Positions 1 through 10,096 of a stretch of 36,658 bases of DNA are shown here, piece after piece (within the stretch, counting starts at the first letter, position 1; every line of letters begins with the position of its first letter). The stretch lies in contig JAAZPT010000365.1 of assembly GCA_012797085.1 (NCBI GenBank), positions 1 through 36,658 on the forward strand. The letters are read 5' to 3'. The notes beneath the pieces are model-generated. The model worked only from the letters and a program-made list of their open reading frames with translations. It did not search any database and was not told the origin of the DNA. The position numbers and the translations under genes are program-made. Source of the stretch: Christensenellaceae bacterium (GTDB lineage Bacteria; Bacillota; Clostridia; Christensenellales; Aristaeellaceae).

Positions 1-83
1 CTATTTGTTTAATTAATAAAAAAATTAAACTCAATTAATAAATATTTGTTAACATGGCAAATATTAATATATTTGGAGGATTT

Positions 84-1613
84 ATGAAAAAAAAGAGAAG
101 AGTTTGGAGAAAACTATTATTTTTAGTTATTGTTTTAGCCTTTATAGGCGCGTTTATAGTTCCAAAGTTGCAGGATAATTTTAGCAACAGTGTGCTTGCA
201 CCGGTGCCAAGCCATAGAATCGTAAGGGGCGATATTGATGTTACAATCACAGGCAGCGGTATATTGGAATATCAAAACGAAGCAACAATAAACTTGCCCG
301 AGGGCATTAAAATACAAAAGATATTTGTAAAAGAGGGCGATGCTGTTTCCGAAGGTGATGTTTTAGCCGCTTTGGATAAGGACTCTGTAGAATATCAAGT
401 TGCTATATTAAGTGCGGATATTGAACAGCTTGACTTTAACCTCACGAGCCGTAAAACCATAAGCACGGTAAGCTCTCCTGTAAAGGGCAGGGTAAAACAC
501 ATAGACGTTGACCTTAATGACGATGTAATTGAGGCCATAAATAAGCATGGCGCCTTGGCAATATTATCCGGCGACGGTCTTATGAAAATAGCTTTAAAAA
601 GCGATGAAAAGCTTGCCTTAAATACTGAGCTTACAGTTAAGTGGGATGATGAAGAACAAAGCGCTAAAGTAGTAAAGAACATTGAAGGCGGCTATATTAT
701 CACCCTTGATGACAAAAAAGCCCCCTATTTAAAACAAGCTGAAGTTTACAACGGCAAACAGCTTTTAGGTTCGGGCATATTGGAAATAAATGCTCCCATT
801 TCTATATATGCCAACGGCGGCACTATAAAAACAATCCATGTTGATATAAACAGTCAAGTAGATGCAAGAACAAAGCTTTTTACATTGGATAATGAACCCG
901 CTACGGATGCTTATCGCAAAACCTTGGCCGAGCGTAAGGAAAAGGCTCAAGAGCTGCAAAACCTGTTAAAATACAAACAAAACCCCAATGTTATTGCATC
1001 GGAAACCGGAATTGTAAGAGGTATATTTGTTGAAGAGGACGTAAAAACTCAAAGCATAAATAATGACAGCGAAATAAAGGCCTTTGAGCTTGCAACGGGT
1101 GGGGCTATAAAAATGACAATTGGTGTTGATGAGCTTGATGTTAACAGCGTGCAAGTGGGTCAAAATGCAAAAATCACATTGGATGCCTTTAGCGGTGAAG
1201 AGTTTACGGCAAAGGTTACAAGGCTCTCCAATATAGGAAAGGCTGCCGGCTGCATTACAACATACGATGCCGACCTGATTTTAGAATATGATGACAGGCT
1301 TAAAGATGCTATGAACGGCAGTGCGGCAATACTTGTAAACAGTGTTGAAAACGCTTTGATAGTACCTCTAAAAGCCGTTGAGGAGGATGAAAACGGCTCC
1401 TATGTGCTAATACTTGACGGGGAAAACCAACAGACCAAAGTATACATCACAACAGGCTTATCCGACGGCAAAAATGCGGAGGTATTAAGCGGCCTGAAGG
1501 AAGGGGATAAAATAGTTTTACCCGCTACCATTTTACAGCAACATAAAGCCATAGAATTTGGAATGGGCCCAAGGGACCCCGCCCCAACAGGAGGCGATAT
1601 CGATGACAAATAA
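84..1613 (+). CDS. Membrane-fusion (HlyD/MacA-type) adaptor subunit of a MacB-type ABC efflux system
   Basis: ORF 54..1613. GGAGGA at 75-80 favours the ATG at 84 (MKKKRRVW followed by a hydrophobic anchor). Split lipoyl-type halves are present (IFVKEGDAVSEGDVLAALD ... SPVKGRVKHIDV), followed by a beta-barrel-like C-terminal part. The stop overlaps the start of the next ABC ATPase gene. Confidence 0.8.
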   Translation: MKKKRRVWRKLLFLVIVLAFIGAFIVPKLQDNFSNSVLAPVPSHRIVRGDIDVTITGSGILEYQNEATINLPEGIKIQKIFVKEGDAVSEGDVLAALDKDSVEYQVAILSADIEQLDFNLTSRKTISTVSSPVKGRVKHIDVDLNDDVIEAINKHGALAILSGDGLMKIALKSDEKLALNTELTVKWDDEEQSAKVVKNIEGGYIITLDDKKAPYLKQAEVYNGKQLLGSGILEINAPISIYANGGTIKTIHVDINSQVDARTKLFTLDNEPATDAYRKTLAERKEKAQELQNLLKYKQNPNVIASETGIVRGIFVEEDVKTQSINNDSEIKAFELATGGAIKMTIGVDELDVNSVQVGQNAKITLDAFSGEEFTAKVTRLSNIGKAAGCITTYDADLILEYDDRLKDAMNGSAAILVNSVENALIVPLKAVEEDENGSYVLILDGENQQTKVYITTGLSDGKNAEVLSGLKEGDKIVLPATILQQHKAIEFGMGPRDPAPTGGDIDDK

Positions 1614-2322
1614 AAACAAACCCATAATTCAAATGAAGGGCATAAGCAAGTTTTATAATGTGGGCGGCGAGGAAGTCAGGGCCCTGGATAATGCAAGCAT
1701 AACAATATACGAAGGTGAATTTGTTGCCATTATAGGCCCCAGCGGCAGCGGAAAATCAACCCTAATGAATATTATAGGCTGTTTAGACGTTGCCGATAAG
1801 GGAGAATATTTGCTTGATGGCCAAGCCATAGAAAAATACACCGACAGCGAACTTGCAAAAATACGCAACAAAAAAATAGGCTTTATATTCCAAAGCTTTA
1901 ATCTGTTATCCCGCATGAGCACCTTTGATAATGTTGCCTTGCCGTTAATTTACCAGGGCATGCCTATGCACGAGCGCAAACAAAGGGCCATGGAGGCCAT
2001 TGAAAGGGTTGCCCTTGCAGATAGGGCCAAGCATAAGCCAACGGAGCTTTCCGGCGGGCAGCAGCAGCGTGTTGCAATAGCAAGGGCATTGGCTACACAC
2101 CCTACAATACTTTTGGCCGATGAACCTACAGGCAACCTGGACTCCCGCACAGGGGAGGATATTATGCACTTGTTTCACGAATTGCACGAGGCAGGCAATA
2201 CAATAGTACTTATAACCCACAGCGAAAAAATTGCCCAACAGGCCGAAAGGCGTATACGAATAATGGACGGTCACGTAGAGGAAGAACCCTACACCTTTAA
2301 AACGGAAGGGGGAATTATATGA
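1603..2322 (+). CDS. ABC transporter ATP-binding protein (MacB/LolD/FtsE-like)
   Basis: Walker [13 protein letters not shown] signature [15 protein letters not shown], Walker [14 protein letters not shown]-loop ITHS. AGGAGG at 1588-1593 precedes the ATG at 1603, so the longer ORF from 1558 is probably read-through of the upstream gene's 3' end. Confidence 0.9.
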   Translation: MTNKNKPIIQMKGISKFYNVGGEEVRALDNASITIYEGEFVAIIGPSGSGKSTLMNIIGCLDVADKGEYLLDGQAIEKYTDSELAKIRNKKIGFIFQSFNLLSRMSTFDNVALPLIYQGMPMHERKQRAMEAIERVALADRAKHKPTELSGGQQQRVAIARALATHPTILLADEPTGNLDSRTGEDIMHLFHELHEAGNTIVLITHSEKIAQQAERRIRIMDGHVEEEPYTFKTEGGII

Positions 2323-3485
2323 TAATTCAATCTGTAAAAATGGCTTGGGAGGCCATAACATCAAATAAAATGCGCTCATTTTTAACAATGCTCGGCATTA
2401 TAATAGGCGTTACAGCCCTTGTGGTATTGGTATCCCTGGTAAACGGCGCAACAAGCAGCATAACAAGCGAGGTTGAGGCCTTAGGCAACGATATGATAAG
2501 CGTTAATGTTTTTGATGATAAGGGATTACCCCTACGCTTGGAGGATTTAAATACCATTGCAGAGTATGAAAGCGTTGCAAAAATTGCTCCAAGCGGCTCA
2601 AGCAGTGCAAAAGTAAAGTATTTAAACAAGGATATGGAAATTTCACTATATGGCACAACCCCCGCCTATTACAACATACAGGGCTTAAAATTGGACTACG
2701 GCAGGTTTTTAAAATCGGCCGATTTGGATAACAGGTCCTATGTGGCGGTATTAAGCCATGATACAGCTAAAGAGCTTTTCAGTGATACCGATGCCTTGGG
2801 TAAAAATATTACAATAGACGGCCGTATATTTTTAGTTGTTGGCGTGCTGAAGGAGGATGAATCCTTCATGGGAGCTTTTATGGGCAGCAAAAGCATATAT
2901 GTTCCCTATACCGTTGAAAGCCGAATGTCCGGCATACCCTATATTATCAGCTTTAATGTAGCCTCTACGGACAATACTGCGGCGGAGTCGGAAATAAATA
3001 GCATGCTTTTACAACGCTTTAAGCAGGATGAAGAAGCCTTTAACGTAATAAACATGTCCACAATATCAAGCACTATGGACACAATTACAGGCACATTAAC
3101 ATTGCTTTTAGGTGGAATAGCAGCCATATCCCTGCTTGTAGGCGGCATAGGCATAATGAACATAATGCTTGTATCCGTTACGGAGCGCACAAAGGAAATA
3201 GGAATTCGCAAGGCCATAGGGGCCGGCTATGGCAGCATAATGGCACAGTTTTTGGTGGAAGCCCTTATGTTAAGCTTGCTCGGCTGTACAATAGGCCTGC
3301 TTTTATCCTGGGGCTTGCTGGAATTGGCAACAGCCCTTGCCGGCAAAATTAAATTTACAATGACTGCAGATGTGGTTGCATTGGCTGTCGGCTTTTCATC
3401 GGCAATAGGCCTTATATTCGGCCTGTACCCCGCAAACAAGGCCGCAAAGAAACACCCCATAGAAGCCCTCAGGTATGAAGGTTAA
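2319..3485 (+). CDS. ABC transporter permease, MacB/FtsX family (four TM segments with an extracytoplasmic domain)
   Basis: ATGA overlap with the ATPase stop. N-terminal TM (FLTMLGIIIGVTALVVLVSL), an extracytoplasmic domain of about 220 aa, three C-terminal TM segments, and the family hallmark TERTKEIGIRKAIGAG between TM2 and TM3. Confidence 0.88.
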   Translation: MIIQSVKMAWEAITSNKMRSFLTMLGIIIGVTALVVLVSLVNGATSSITSEVEALGNDMISVNVFDDKGLPLRLEDLNTIAEYESVAKIAPSGSSSAKVKYLNKDMEISLYGTTPAYYNIQGLKLDYGRFLKSADLDNRSYVAVLSHDTAKELFSDTDALGKNITIDGRIFLVVGVLKEDESFMGAFMGSKSIYVPYTVESRMSGIPYIISFNVASTDNTAAESEINSMLLQRFKQDEEAFNVINMSTISSTMDTITGTLTLLLGGIAAISLLVGGIGIMNIMLVSVTERTKEIGIRKAIGAGYGSIMAQFLVEALMLSLLGCTIGLLLSWGLLELATALAGKIKFTMTADVVALAVGFSSAIGLIFGLYPANKAAKKHPIEALRYEG

Positions 3486-3604
3486 AAAACTTTACTTAAA
3501 CTTTACACTACCCCCCAGCATTTTACATTCCCTTTGTAAACTAAATTATCATAAACACTCTAAGTGTGTATATGTAAAAAGTTTATAGGAGGAAATAATA
3601 CTTT

Positions 3605-5728
3605 ATGAAGAAATTTTTGGAATTTAAAAGAAGAGTTTTATTACTTGTTTTAACTCTTGTATTGCTACTTGGCAACACCGGTTTTGCTGCGACTTTTACC
3701 GACATTTCAGGTCATAAATATGAAGAGGCCATAGCAAGGCTAGCGGAAAAAGGCATAATTAGGGACTTTGGGGACGGAAGTTTTAAAGCTGACGAGGTAC
3801 TTGATGAGGATGCCGCTTCGGATATGCTTTTCAACGCCTTTAAACTTTTACCGGTTTACCCGATAGAAGATCCGGGTCCGGATGAAGACGGCAACGTTTT
3901 TGAAAAAGCTTTATATTCAACGGAAACAACAACCGCAAATGTAACATCTGCAATGTTGCCTGCTGCACCGGATACAATGGGTACATGGTCTGAAAACATA
4001 ACAAATGCCGTTATAGAAGCAAGATTGTTGGAGGATGACCCGGAAAATAAAATTACAGAAAAAGAATTTGCAACTGCAATTTCTAAGGCTCTATTAGGTG
4101 CTGATAAGGAAATAGACTTTATTGCAGAAGGAAAAGAGAAGGAAATATTACCAAAAGACTTTAACCCTACGGATAATGAAATATTGAGGGGAAATGCCGC
4201 ATATCTATTGGATTATGCCATTAAGGATTTAAATATAATAACAATTATGGCTACATCGGATATCCACGGAAACATTTTACCCTACAAGCGTGGCGGCTCA
4301 CCTGTTGAAGTTGGCGGCTCCGCAAAGGCAGGCTTCCTGTTTGATGAGATGAAGAAGAAAAACCCCAATACATTAATACTTGACGGTGGAGACTCACCAT
4401 ATAATATGGATATAGTAAACCACTCTAAAGGAAAAGCCAGCGTAGACATTATGAATGCTCAAGGTTATGATGCAACGGTTTTAGGAAACCACGACTTCGA
4501 CTATGATTTCGAGAATCTTCTATTATTGGCAAAAAGAGCTGACTATGCTATGTTAAGTGCCAATACCTTCTGGAAGGACGGCAGATACCCTGAAGAATTT
4601 AAACCCTATATTATAAAAGAACTCGACGGATTAAAAATAGGCATTGCCGGCTTAACGGACGACTTAAGCAAGTTGACAACCCACTATGAAAACACAAAGG
4701 ACATTGACCTTTATGACCAATGGGAAGTAGGAGAAAAAACCATAAAAGAATTGGAAGATAAAGTAGATATTATAATCTTACTAGCCCATCTGCACTCACA
4801 CAACAACAGTATTCCCGAAAAAATAAACAATATAGACCTTATAATAGCAGGTGGAAACGATACATTCGGAAGACCTATATTGAAGAATGATTCCATAATT
4901 ATAAACCCCGGCGGAGTTGGAGTTGCAGTTAACCAAATCAACCTTAATTTAATTAAGGGGCAAATTATAGGCTATACCTTCAACCAAATATACTTAAGCC
5001 CCAATGTTCCTGAAAAGGAAGAAGTAAAGGCTATAGTTGATCACTACAAGGCGGATTTGGAAGCCTCAATGTCAAAAGTTGTAGGAAAGAGCACTGTTGA
5101 TATAGCATGGTCATCACCCTTGGTTAGAACACAAGAGCATGAACTTGGCAACTTTATAGCTGATGCCTTAAGAGAATTTGGCGATGCGGATATCGGAATA
5201 ATGAACGGCGGAGGAATTAGAGGTGGACTTACAGAGGGCGACATTACTGTAGGTGACGTATTTAAAATTTTGCCCTTCGACAATAAGGTAACCGTACTTG
5301 AAGTTACAGGTAAAACTTTATTTGAGGCTCTTGAAAACGGCGTTTCAGGCTATCCCGAAACTCGCGGAAAGTTCCCACAGGTTTCCGGAATTAAATATAC
5401 CTTTGACGGTGCAAAACCGGCCGGCGAAAGAATAGTTTCCGTAACAAAGACCGACGGAAGCCCCATAGAGATGGATGCTTGGTACAAGTTGGTATGCAAC
5501 GACTTTATGTCGGGCGGCGGGGACGGATATTCCATGTTTAACGTACTGAACCCCGAAGGCGGTTTAGGTTCCGATACGGACTTTAAAGATTTAGAAGGCT
5601 GCAAGTTGGTATATGCAACAAGCATTTTCTACAGAAACCTCCTCACGGATTATATAAGGGAAAAGGGTGTAATTACACCTGAAATAGAGGGCAGAATAAC
5701 AATACTCAACCCTCAAGAAGTTAAGTAA
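3605..5728 (+). CDS. Secreted SLH-domain 5'-nucleotidase / metallophosphoesterase (UshA-like)
   Basis: AGGAGG upstream and a signal-like N-terminus. One SLH-like segment (FTDISGHKYEEAIARLAEKGIIRDFGDGSF). Metallophosphatase motifs SDIHGN, LDGGDS, GNHDFDYD. The C-terminal 5'-nucleotidase-type region carries GGGIRG and FMSGGGDGY. Confidence 0.85.
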   Translation: MKKFLEFKRRVLLLVLTLVLLLGNTGFAATFTDISGHKYEEAIARLAEKGIIRDFGDGSFKADEVLDEDAASDMLFNAFKLLPVYPIEDPGPDEDGNVFEKALYSTETTTANVTSAMLPAAPDTMGTWSENITNAVIEARLLEDDPENKITEKEFATAISKALLGADKEIDFIAEGKEKEILPKDFNPTDNEILRGNAAYLLDYAIKDLNIITIMATSDIHGNILPYKRGGSPVEVGGSAKAGFLFDEMKKKNPNTLILDGGDSPYNMDIVNHSKGKASVDIMNAQGYDATVLGNHDFDYDFENLLLLAKRADYAMLSANTFWKDGRYPEEFKPYIIKELDGLKIGIAGLTDDLSKLTTHYENTKDIDLYDQWEVGEKTIKELEDKVDIIILLAHLHSHNNSIPEKINNIDLIIAGGNDTFGRPILKNDSIIINPGGVGVAVNQINLNLIKGQIIGYTFNQIYLSPNVPEKEEVKAIVDHYKADLEASMSKVVGKSTVDIAWSSPLVRTQEHELGNFIADALREFGDADIGIMNGGGIRGGLTEGDITVGDVFKILPFDNKVTVLEVTGKTLFEALENGVSGYPETRGKFPQVSGIKYTFDGAKPAGERIVSVTKTDGSPIEMDAWYKLVCNDFMSGGGDGYSMFNVLNPEGGLGSDTDFKDLEGCKLVYATSIFYRNLLTDYIREKGVITPEIEGRITILNPQEVK

Positions 5729-5767
5729 AAAACTAACTAGTAACTTTTTCATAATAAACCTATTAAA

Positions 5768-5804
5768 AGTCGTGGTCGGCTTAAAGGCCGACTGCGGCTT
5801 TTTA
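5768..5804 (+). terminator. Rho-independent terminator after the 5'-nucleotidase gene
   Basis: GC-rich imperfect hairpin (core GTCGGC ttaaag GCCGAC with extra flanking pairs) followed by TTTTT. It lies about 40 nt after the stop at 5728. Confidence 0.6.
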
Positions 5805-5891
5805 TAAGCCCATGAATGCAATCAGGCTTATTATTAACAATTTTTTAAGTATCGGCATTTGAATATTGATTATGTAATATTGTTAAAATAA

Positions 5892-5927
5892 TAAAAAAAC
5901 AGCTTAGTGATAAATATTCACCAAGCT
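5892..5927 (-). terminator. Rho-independent terminator ending the his operon
   Basis: The minus strand reads AGCTTGGTGA atattta TCACTAAGCT GTTTTTTTATT, a 10-bp stem with one G-U pair followed by a T-run. It lies about 25 nt after the hisK stop. Confidence 0.65.
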
Positions 5928-5950
5928 ATTATATGACATAGAAGTTCAGC

Positions 5951-6772
5951 TTATAATGGAATTGCTTGCCATATATTATTTTTAATTTGCCAAAGCTGTT
6001 TAAAACCCATGTTTTTGAGCATGGCCTCCGTTTCACTAAAGGCGCATGTCAAATGTTTTCCGTTGTGGCAGTCGCTTGTTATACAAAGCCTTGCATTCCT
6101 ATCCAAAAGCTGTTTTAACACAAATTTTGAAGGATATGGGCTTGTTCTATAGCCCCTTGATATAGCTCCCGTATTCACTTCAAAAACTATATCTTTTTTA
6201 AAGGCCAATATGCTGTCAACAGCTTTTATAACTGCATTTTTATACTCGCTGCTGTCCTCGTCAAACAATATATTATCGCCGTTAAATTTTGTAGGCAAGT
6301 CTATATGCCCAACAATATCCGCATCGCTTAAGGCTATATTCTTGGATAATATTTTTAAATAATCCACTGCCATGGCAACGCCGTCGTTATTATAGCCCTT
6401 TTCTTTAATAAACTGTGTCATTTGAGGCTTATAGTCAACGGGGTAAAGCTTTCCTTCAACAGGCAAACAGTGCAATGAGCCTATTGTATAGTCAAGACCC
6501 TCATATACCCGTATATCGTGCAAATCTATTTCCAGGCCAAGATAAATATCGATTTTACCCTTGTATTCAGCCTTCAGGGAATTTATTTCATCAAAGTATT
6601 CAAGGGTTTGAGCCTTTGTCATGCAGCAGCTGTCGTCAAAATATGTATGGGCATGCTCGGAAAATCCCAAACTTTCAAGGCCGAAGCTTAAAGCATACTC
6701 CACCATTTGCCTTGGGCTGTCCACACCGTCAACATAGTTTGTATGGGTGTGCAGGTTTTGCCTTGTTATCAT
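5951..6772 (-). CDS. hisK: Histidinol-phosphatase, PHP (HisJ/HisK) family
   Basis: N-terminal PHP metal motif [11 protein letters not shown], then GFSEH. Length 273 aa. It is the last gene of the his operon and overlaps hisIE by 4 nt. Confidence 0.85.
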   Translation of the reverse strand: MITRQNLHTHTNYVDGVDSPRQMVEYALSFGLESLGFSEHAHTYFDDSCCMTKAQTLEYFDEINSLKAEYKGKIDIYLGLEIDLHDIRVYEGLDYTIGSLHCLPVEGKLYPVDYKPQMTQFIKEKGYNNDGVAMAVDYLKILSKNIALSDADIVGHIDLPTKFNGDNILFDEDSSEYKNAVIKAVDSILAFKKDIVFEVNTGAISRGYRTSPYPSKFVLKQLLDRNARLCITSDCHNGKHLTCAFSETEAMLKNMGFKQLWQIKNNIWQAIPL

Positions 6773-7419
6773 TTCATGGTTTCCTGTTTTACTTTTTTAT
6801 CAACCACATGACGGCTTGCCAGTTCTTCTTTAATATCGGAGGGTTTAATATCCATTTGAGCCATAAGCACAAGCACATGGTAGGCAAGGTCGCTAATTTC
6901 AAATATGGTTTCCTTTTTATCGTCCTTCATGCCTGCAATAACGACTTCCGTACATTCTTCCCCTACTTTTTTAAGTATCTTTTCCTTGCCCTTATCAAAT
7001 AAGTAGCTTGTGTAGCTGCCTTCCTTTTTATCGGTTTTTCTGCCCATAATCAACTTGTAAAGATCTTGCATGGTAAAGGAGCCCTGTTTATCCATTTCAA
7101 TAATATCGTTAAAAAAGCAGGATTCTGCGCCTGTATGGCAGGCAGGGCCGTCCTTTATTACCTTTATTACAAGGGAATCGAAGTCGCAATCGGCAGTAAT
7201 TGAAACCACAGTTTGAAAATTGCCGCTTGTTTCACCCTTGCGCCAAAGGGCTTGCCTTGATCTGGAATAAAAACAGGTTTTGCCTTCATCAATTGTAATT
7301 TGCAGCGATTCCTTGTTCATATAGGCAAGCATAAGCACTTCCTTTGTATACCAATCCTGCACTATTGCCGGAATAAGCCCCTTATCATCAAACTTTAATT
7401 TGTTAATAATATCGCTCAT
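6769..7419 (-). CDS. hisI: Bifunctional phosphoribosyl-AMP cyclohydrolase / phosphoribosyl-ATP pyrophosphatase
   Basis: The HisI half carries [14 protein letters not shown]. The HisE-like helical half contains EECTEVVIA and [10 protein letters not shown]. Length 216 aa, typical of the fused HisIE. Confidence 0.9.
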   Translation of the reverse strand: MSDIINKLKFDDKGLIPAIVQDWYTKEVLMLAYMNKESLQITIDEGKTCFYSRSRQALWRKGETSGNFQTVVSITADCDFDSLVIKVIKDGPACHTGAESCFFNDIIEMDKQGSFTMQDLYKLIMGRKTDKKEGSYTSYLFDKGKEKILKKVGEECTEVVIAGMKDDKKETIFEISDLAYHVLVLMAQMDIKPSDIKEELASRHVVDKKVKQETMK

Positions 7420-7420
7420 A

Positions 7421-8179
7421 CTACAACCTCACTTCTATATTTTCTTGTTTAAGGTACTGTTTTAAATCCATAATATTTACTTCTTTAAAGTGGAATATTG
7501 AAGCGGCAAGGCCCGCATCAATCTTAGGCAAAGCTTGGAATAATTCCTTAAAATGCTCCTTGCTACCTGCACCTCCGGAGGCTATTATAGGCAGGTTTAC
7601 CACGTCGGATATAGCTTTAAGCATTTCAATATCAAAGCCGCCCTTTACACCGTCGGTATCTATGCTGTTTACAACCAACTCGCCGGCGCCTCGCTTTTCA
7701 CCCTCTATGGCCCAAGCTATGGCATCTATGCCCGTATCCTCACGGCCACCCTTTGTAAATACGTTAAACTTGCCGTTTACGCGTTTTACATCCATGGATA
7801 ACACAACGCATTGCTTGCCGTATTTTTCCGCAGCCCTGTCAATAAGGCTCGGGTCTAACAAAGCGCCTGTATTAATGCTGACCTTATCGGCACCGCATTT
7901 AAGCACCCTGTCAAAATCCTCAAGGCTTTTAATGCTGCCGCCTACTGTAAGGGGTATAAAAATTTGTTCCGCAACCTTTTTTAATACGTCTGTAAAAAGC
8001 TGCCTTTGCTCAACGCTGGCGGTAATATCATAAAAAACAAGCTCATCGGCACCGCTTTCATTGTAATAGCGGGCTAAGGCAACGGGGTCATCAACGTCTT
8101 TTATACCTTCAAAGTTTACTCCTTTAACAACTTTACCGTCCCTGATATCCAAACAGGGTATTATTCTTTTAGTTAGCAT
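7421..8179 (-). CDS. hisF: Imidazole glycerol phosphate synthase, cyclase subunit
   Basis: [16 protein letters not shown] at the N-terminus, [20 protein letters not shown]. 252 aa. Confidence 0.93.
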   Translation of the reverse strand: MLTKRIIPCLDIRDGKVVKGVNFEGIKDVDDPVALARYYNESGADELVFYDITASVEQRQLFTDVLKKVAEQIFIPLTVGGSIKSLEDFDRVLKCGADKVSINTGALLDPSLIDRAAEKYGKQCVVLSMDVKRVNGKFNVFTKGGREDTGIDAIAWAIEGEKRGAGELVVNSIDTDGVKGGFDIEMLKAISDVVNLPIIASGGAGSKEHFKELFQALPKIDAGLAASIFHFKEVNIMDLKQYLKQENIEVRL

Positions 8180-8892
8180 ATTCTTTTTGCCCTTTCTATA
8201 GCTGTTTTTAAATCTAATTTGTTTTCATATAAGGCCTTGCCCAATATGGCGCCGTATATGCCCATTCGGCTCAGTTCATCAATCTCTTCAATAAAGCTTA
8301 TGCCGCCGGAGGCTACAATATTTAAGCCCTTAATAGTATTAAGCTGTTTATAGGCCTCCATGTTCGTACCTGTAAGGGTCCCGTCCTTGCTTATATCGGT
8401 ATATATTATGGTTTTAACCCCCATATTAAACATGTCCTTGCAAAAATCTATAGAGCTTAGCTGTGTAACTTGCTCCCAACCGCTTACTGCAACCATGCCT
8501 TTTTTGGCATCAATGCCTACCGCTATAGCCTCGCCGTATTTTTGCACCATGCTTTCTACAAAGCTCGGATTTTTTGCGGCTACAGTGCCTAATATCACCC
8601 TGTTTATGCCAAGGTCAAGCATGGCCTTTATATTATCCTCGTTACGTATGCCGCCTCCAAGCTCTATAAACAAGCCTTTTTTGCACAGGATTTTTATGGC
8701 CTCCATATTTGTGGTTTGACCGCTCCTTGCACCGTTAAGGTCAACAAGGTGAAGGTTTTTTGCTCCCTTTGCAATAAATTGGTCGGCAACATAGCCAACA
8801 TCGTTGTTATAAACGGTTTTATCGTCATAATTACCCTTATAAAGCCTTACCACCTGACCGTCAAGTAAATCTATAGCTGGAAATATTTGCAT
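8173..8892 (-). CDS. hisA: ProFAR isomerase (1-(5-phosphoribosyl)-5-[(5-phosphoribosylamino)methylideneamino]imidazole-4-carboxamide isomerase)
   Basis: IFPAIDLLDGQVVRL, ELGGGIRN, ASGGIS. 239 aa. Positioned between hisH and hisF. Confidence 0.92.
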   Translation of the reverse strand: MQIFPAIDLLDGQVVRLYKGNYDDKTVYNNDVGYVADQFIAKGAKNLHLVDLNGARSGQTTNMEAIKILCKKGLFIELGGGIRNEDNIKAMLDLGINRVILGTVAAKNPSFVESMVQKYGEAIAVGIDAKKGMVAVSGWEQVTQLSSIDFCKDMFNMGVKTIIYTDISKDGTLTGTNMEAYKQLNTIKGLNIVASGGISFIEEIDELSRMGIYGAILGKALYENKLDLKTAIERAKRIC

Positions 8893-8893
8893 A

Positions 8894-9502
8894 TTAAGCT
8901 CCTAACTCGCAAAAGGCTTTTAATATTTTCAAGCCTATACTGCCACTTTTTTCCGGATGAAACTGCGTACCCATAACATTTTTATTGGCTACAACGGCAC
9001 TTACATCTATGCCGTAATTGGCCGTTGCCACCAATGAGTTGCTGCATTTGCTTGCATGATATGAATGAACAAAGTACACATAGTCGCCCTGTTTAACATA
9101 TTTCAACAGGGGATGATATTGCCTTATATCAAGGCTGTTCCAACCCATATGGGGTATTTTTAAGCCCATATTTGCATCAAGGGGTACAACCTCCCCTTGA
9201 AGCAGACCTAATCCCTTGTGGGTTCCAAACTCCATGCCCCTTTCAAAAAGCAACTGCATGCCTAAACAAATGCCTAAAAGGGGTTTGCCCTGCTTTACAT
9301 TATTTAATATTGCAGGTATAAGGCCTATACTTTCCAACCTTTTTATAGCATCGCCAAAGGCACCTACGCCGGGCAAAATTATTTTGCTTGAGCTGTTTAT
9401 AAGGGCCTCATCGGCAGTTACTATGCCGGGTACGTTTAAATACTTAAGGGAACTTTTTAAAGAAAAAAGATTGCCTACACCATAGTCAATTATAGCTATC
9501 AT
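8894..9502 (-). CDS. hisH: Imidazole glycerol phosphate synthase, glutamine amidotransferase subunit
   Basis: IAIIDYGVGNL, nucleophile elbow GICLGMQLL, QFHPEKSG. 202 aa. Confidence 0.93.
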   Translation of the reverse strand: MIAIIDYGVGNLFSLKSSLKYLNVPGIVTADEALINSSSKIILPGVGAFGDAIKRLESIGLIPAILNNVKQGKPLLGICLGMQLLFERGMEFGTHKGLGLLQGEVVPLDANMGLKIPHMGWNSLDIRQYHPLLKYVKQGDYVYFVHSYHASKCSNSLVATANYGIDVSAVVANKNVMGTQFHPEKSGSIGLKILKAFCELGA

Positions 9503-10095
9503 TAATTTTGTATTACCCCTTTTGTGGATGGAATTTCACCCTCCATAGTGGGGTCTATGGCAACGGCAATTTTAATTGCCCTTGCAAAGGCTTTAAAGGC
9601 ACATTCTATTATATGGTGAGTATTTGTGCCCGCAAATTGAACAATATGCAATGTAAGGCCCAAGGCTCTGCATAAGCCCTCAAAAAACTCCTGAACAAGC
9701 TCCGTATCAAAGCTGCCCGCTTTGGGGTTTAAGTTTGTAATACCATAGTTTAAATAGCATCTGCCACTTATATCAAGGGCAACATTAACAAGAGCCTCAT
9801 CCATAGGTATACAGGCATTGCCATACCTGTATATGCCTTTAAAATCACCCAAGGCCTGTTTTATTGCAAGGCCAAGACTTATGCCTATATCCTCAACGCT
9901 GTGATGATAATCAATATAGGTATCCCCTTTGCAGTCAACATTCAAGTCTATCCTGCTGTGGGCTGAAAAAAGCCTGAGCATATGGTCTAAAAAGCCTATG
10001 CCCGTGTTTATTTCGCCTACACCCTTGCCGTCTAAATTCAGGCTTAATTTAATTTGGGTTTCCTTTGTTATTCTCTCTACACTTGCCTGCCTCAT
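9502..10095 (-). CDS. hisB: Imidazoleglycerol-phosphate dehydratase
   Basis: GIGFLDHML, DYHHSVEDIGI, NTHHIIEC. The ATG at 10095 lies 1 nt after the hisC stop and is preceded by GGAGGT, so it is preferred over the ORF-track start at 10122, which would overlap hisC. Confidence 0.9.
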   Translation of the reverse strand: MRQASVERITKETQIKLSLNLDGKGVGEINTGIGFLDHMLRLFSAHSRIDLNVDCKGDTYIDYHHSVEDIGISLGLAIKQALGDFKGIYRYGNACIPMDEALVNVALDISGRCYLNYGITNLNPKAGSFDTELVQEFFEGLCRALGLTLHIVQFAGTNTHHIIECAFKAFARAIKIAVAIDPTMEGEIPSTKGVIQN

Positions 10096-10096
10096 A

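Noticed and set aside
1945-2388. 147-aa minus-strand ORF antisense to the ABC ATPase gene. Same-strand alternative-frame ORFs are also present (26353-26658 in the acyl-CoA synthetase gene, 34949-35221 in the permease gene, 17581-17796).
   Set aside because: Each is embedded in a strongly supported gene and has no independent start signals or recognisable domains.
84-3485. Considered whether the adaptor/ATPase/permease trio is unusual in a monoderm.
   Set aside because: YknXYZ-type MacB modules with a membrane-fusion protein are well known in Firmicutes. The gene order, overlaps and motifs are canonical.
6415-7002. 195-aa plus-strand ORF overlapping hisK and hisIE. Other long antisense ORFs inside his genes are similar (7560-8033, 7553-7801, 8360-8719, 9216-9485, 11656-11970).
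   Set aside because: All lie fully antisense to genes with unmistakable His-pathway motifs. Their translations are low-complexity (Ser/Pro/Leu/Phe-rich) shadows with no RBS or motif. These are typical shadow ORFs.
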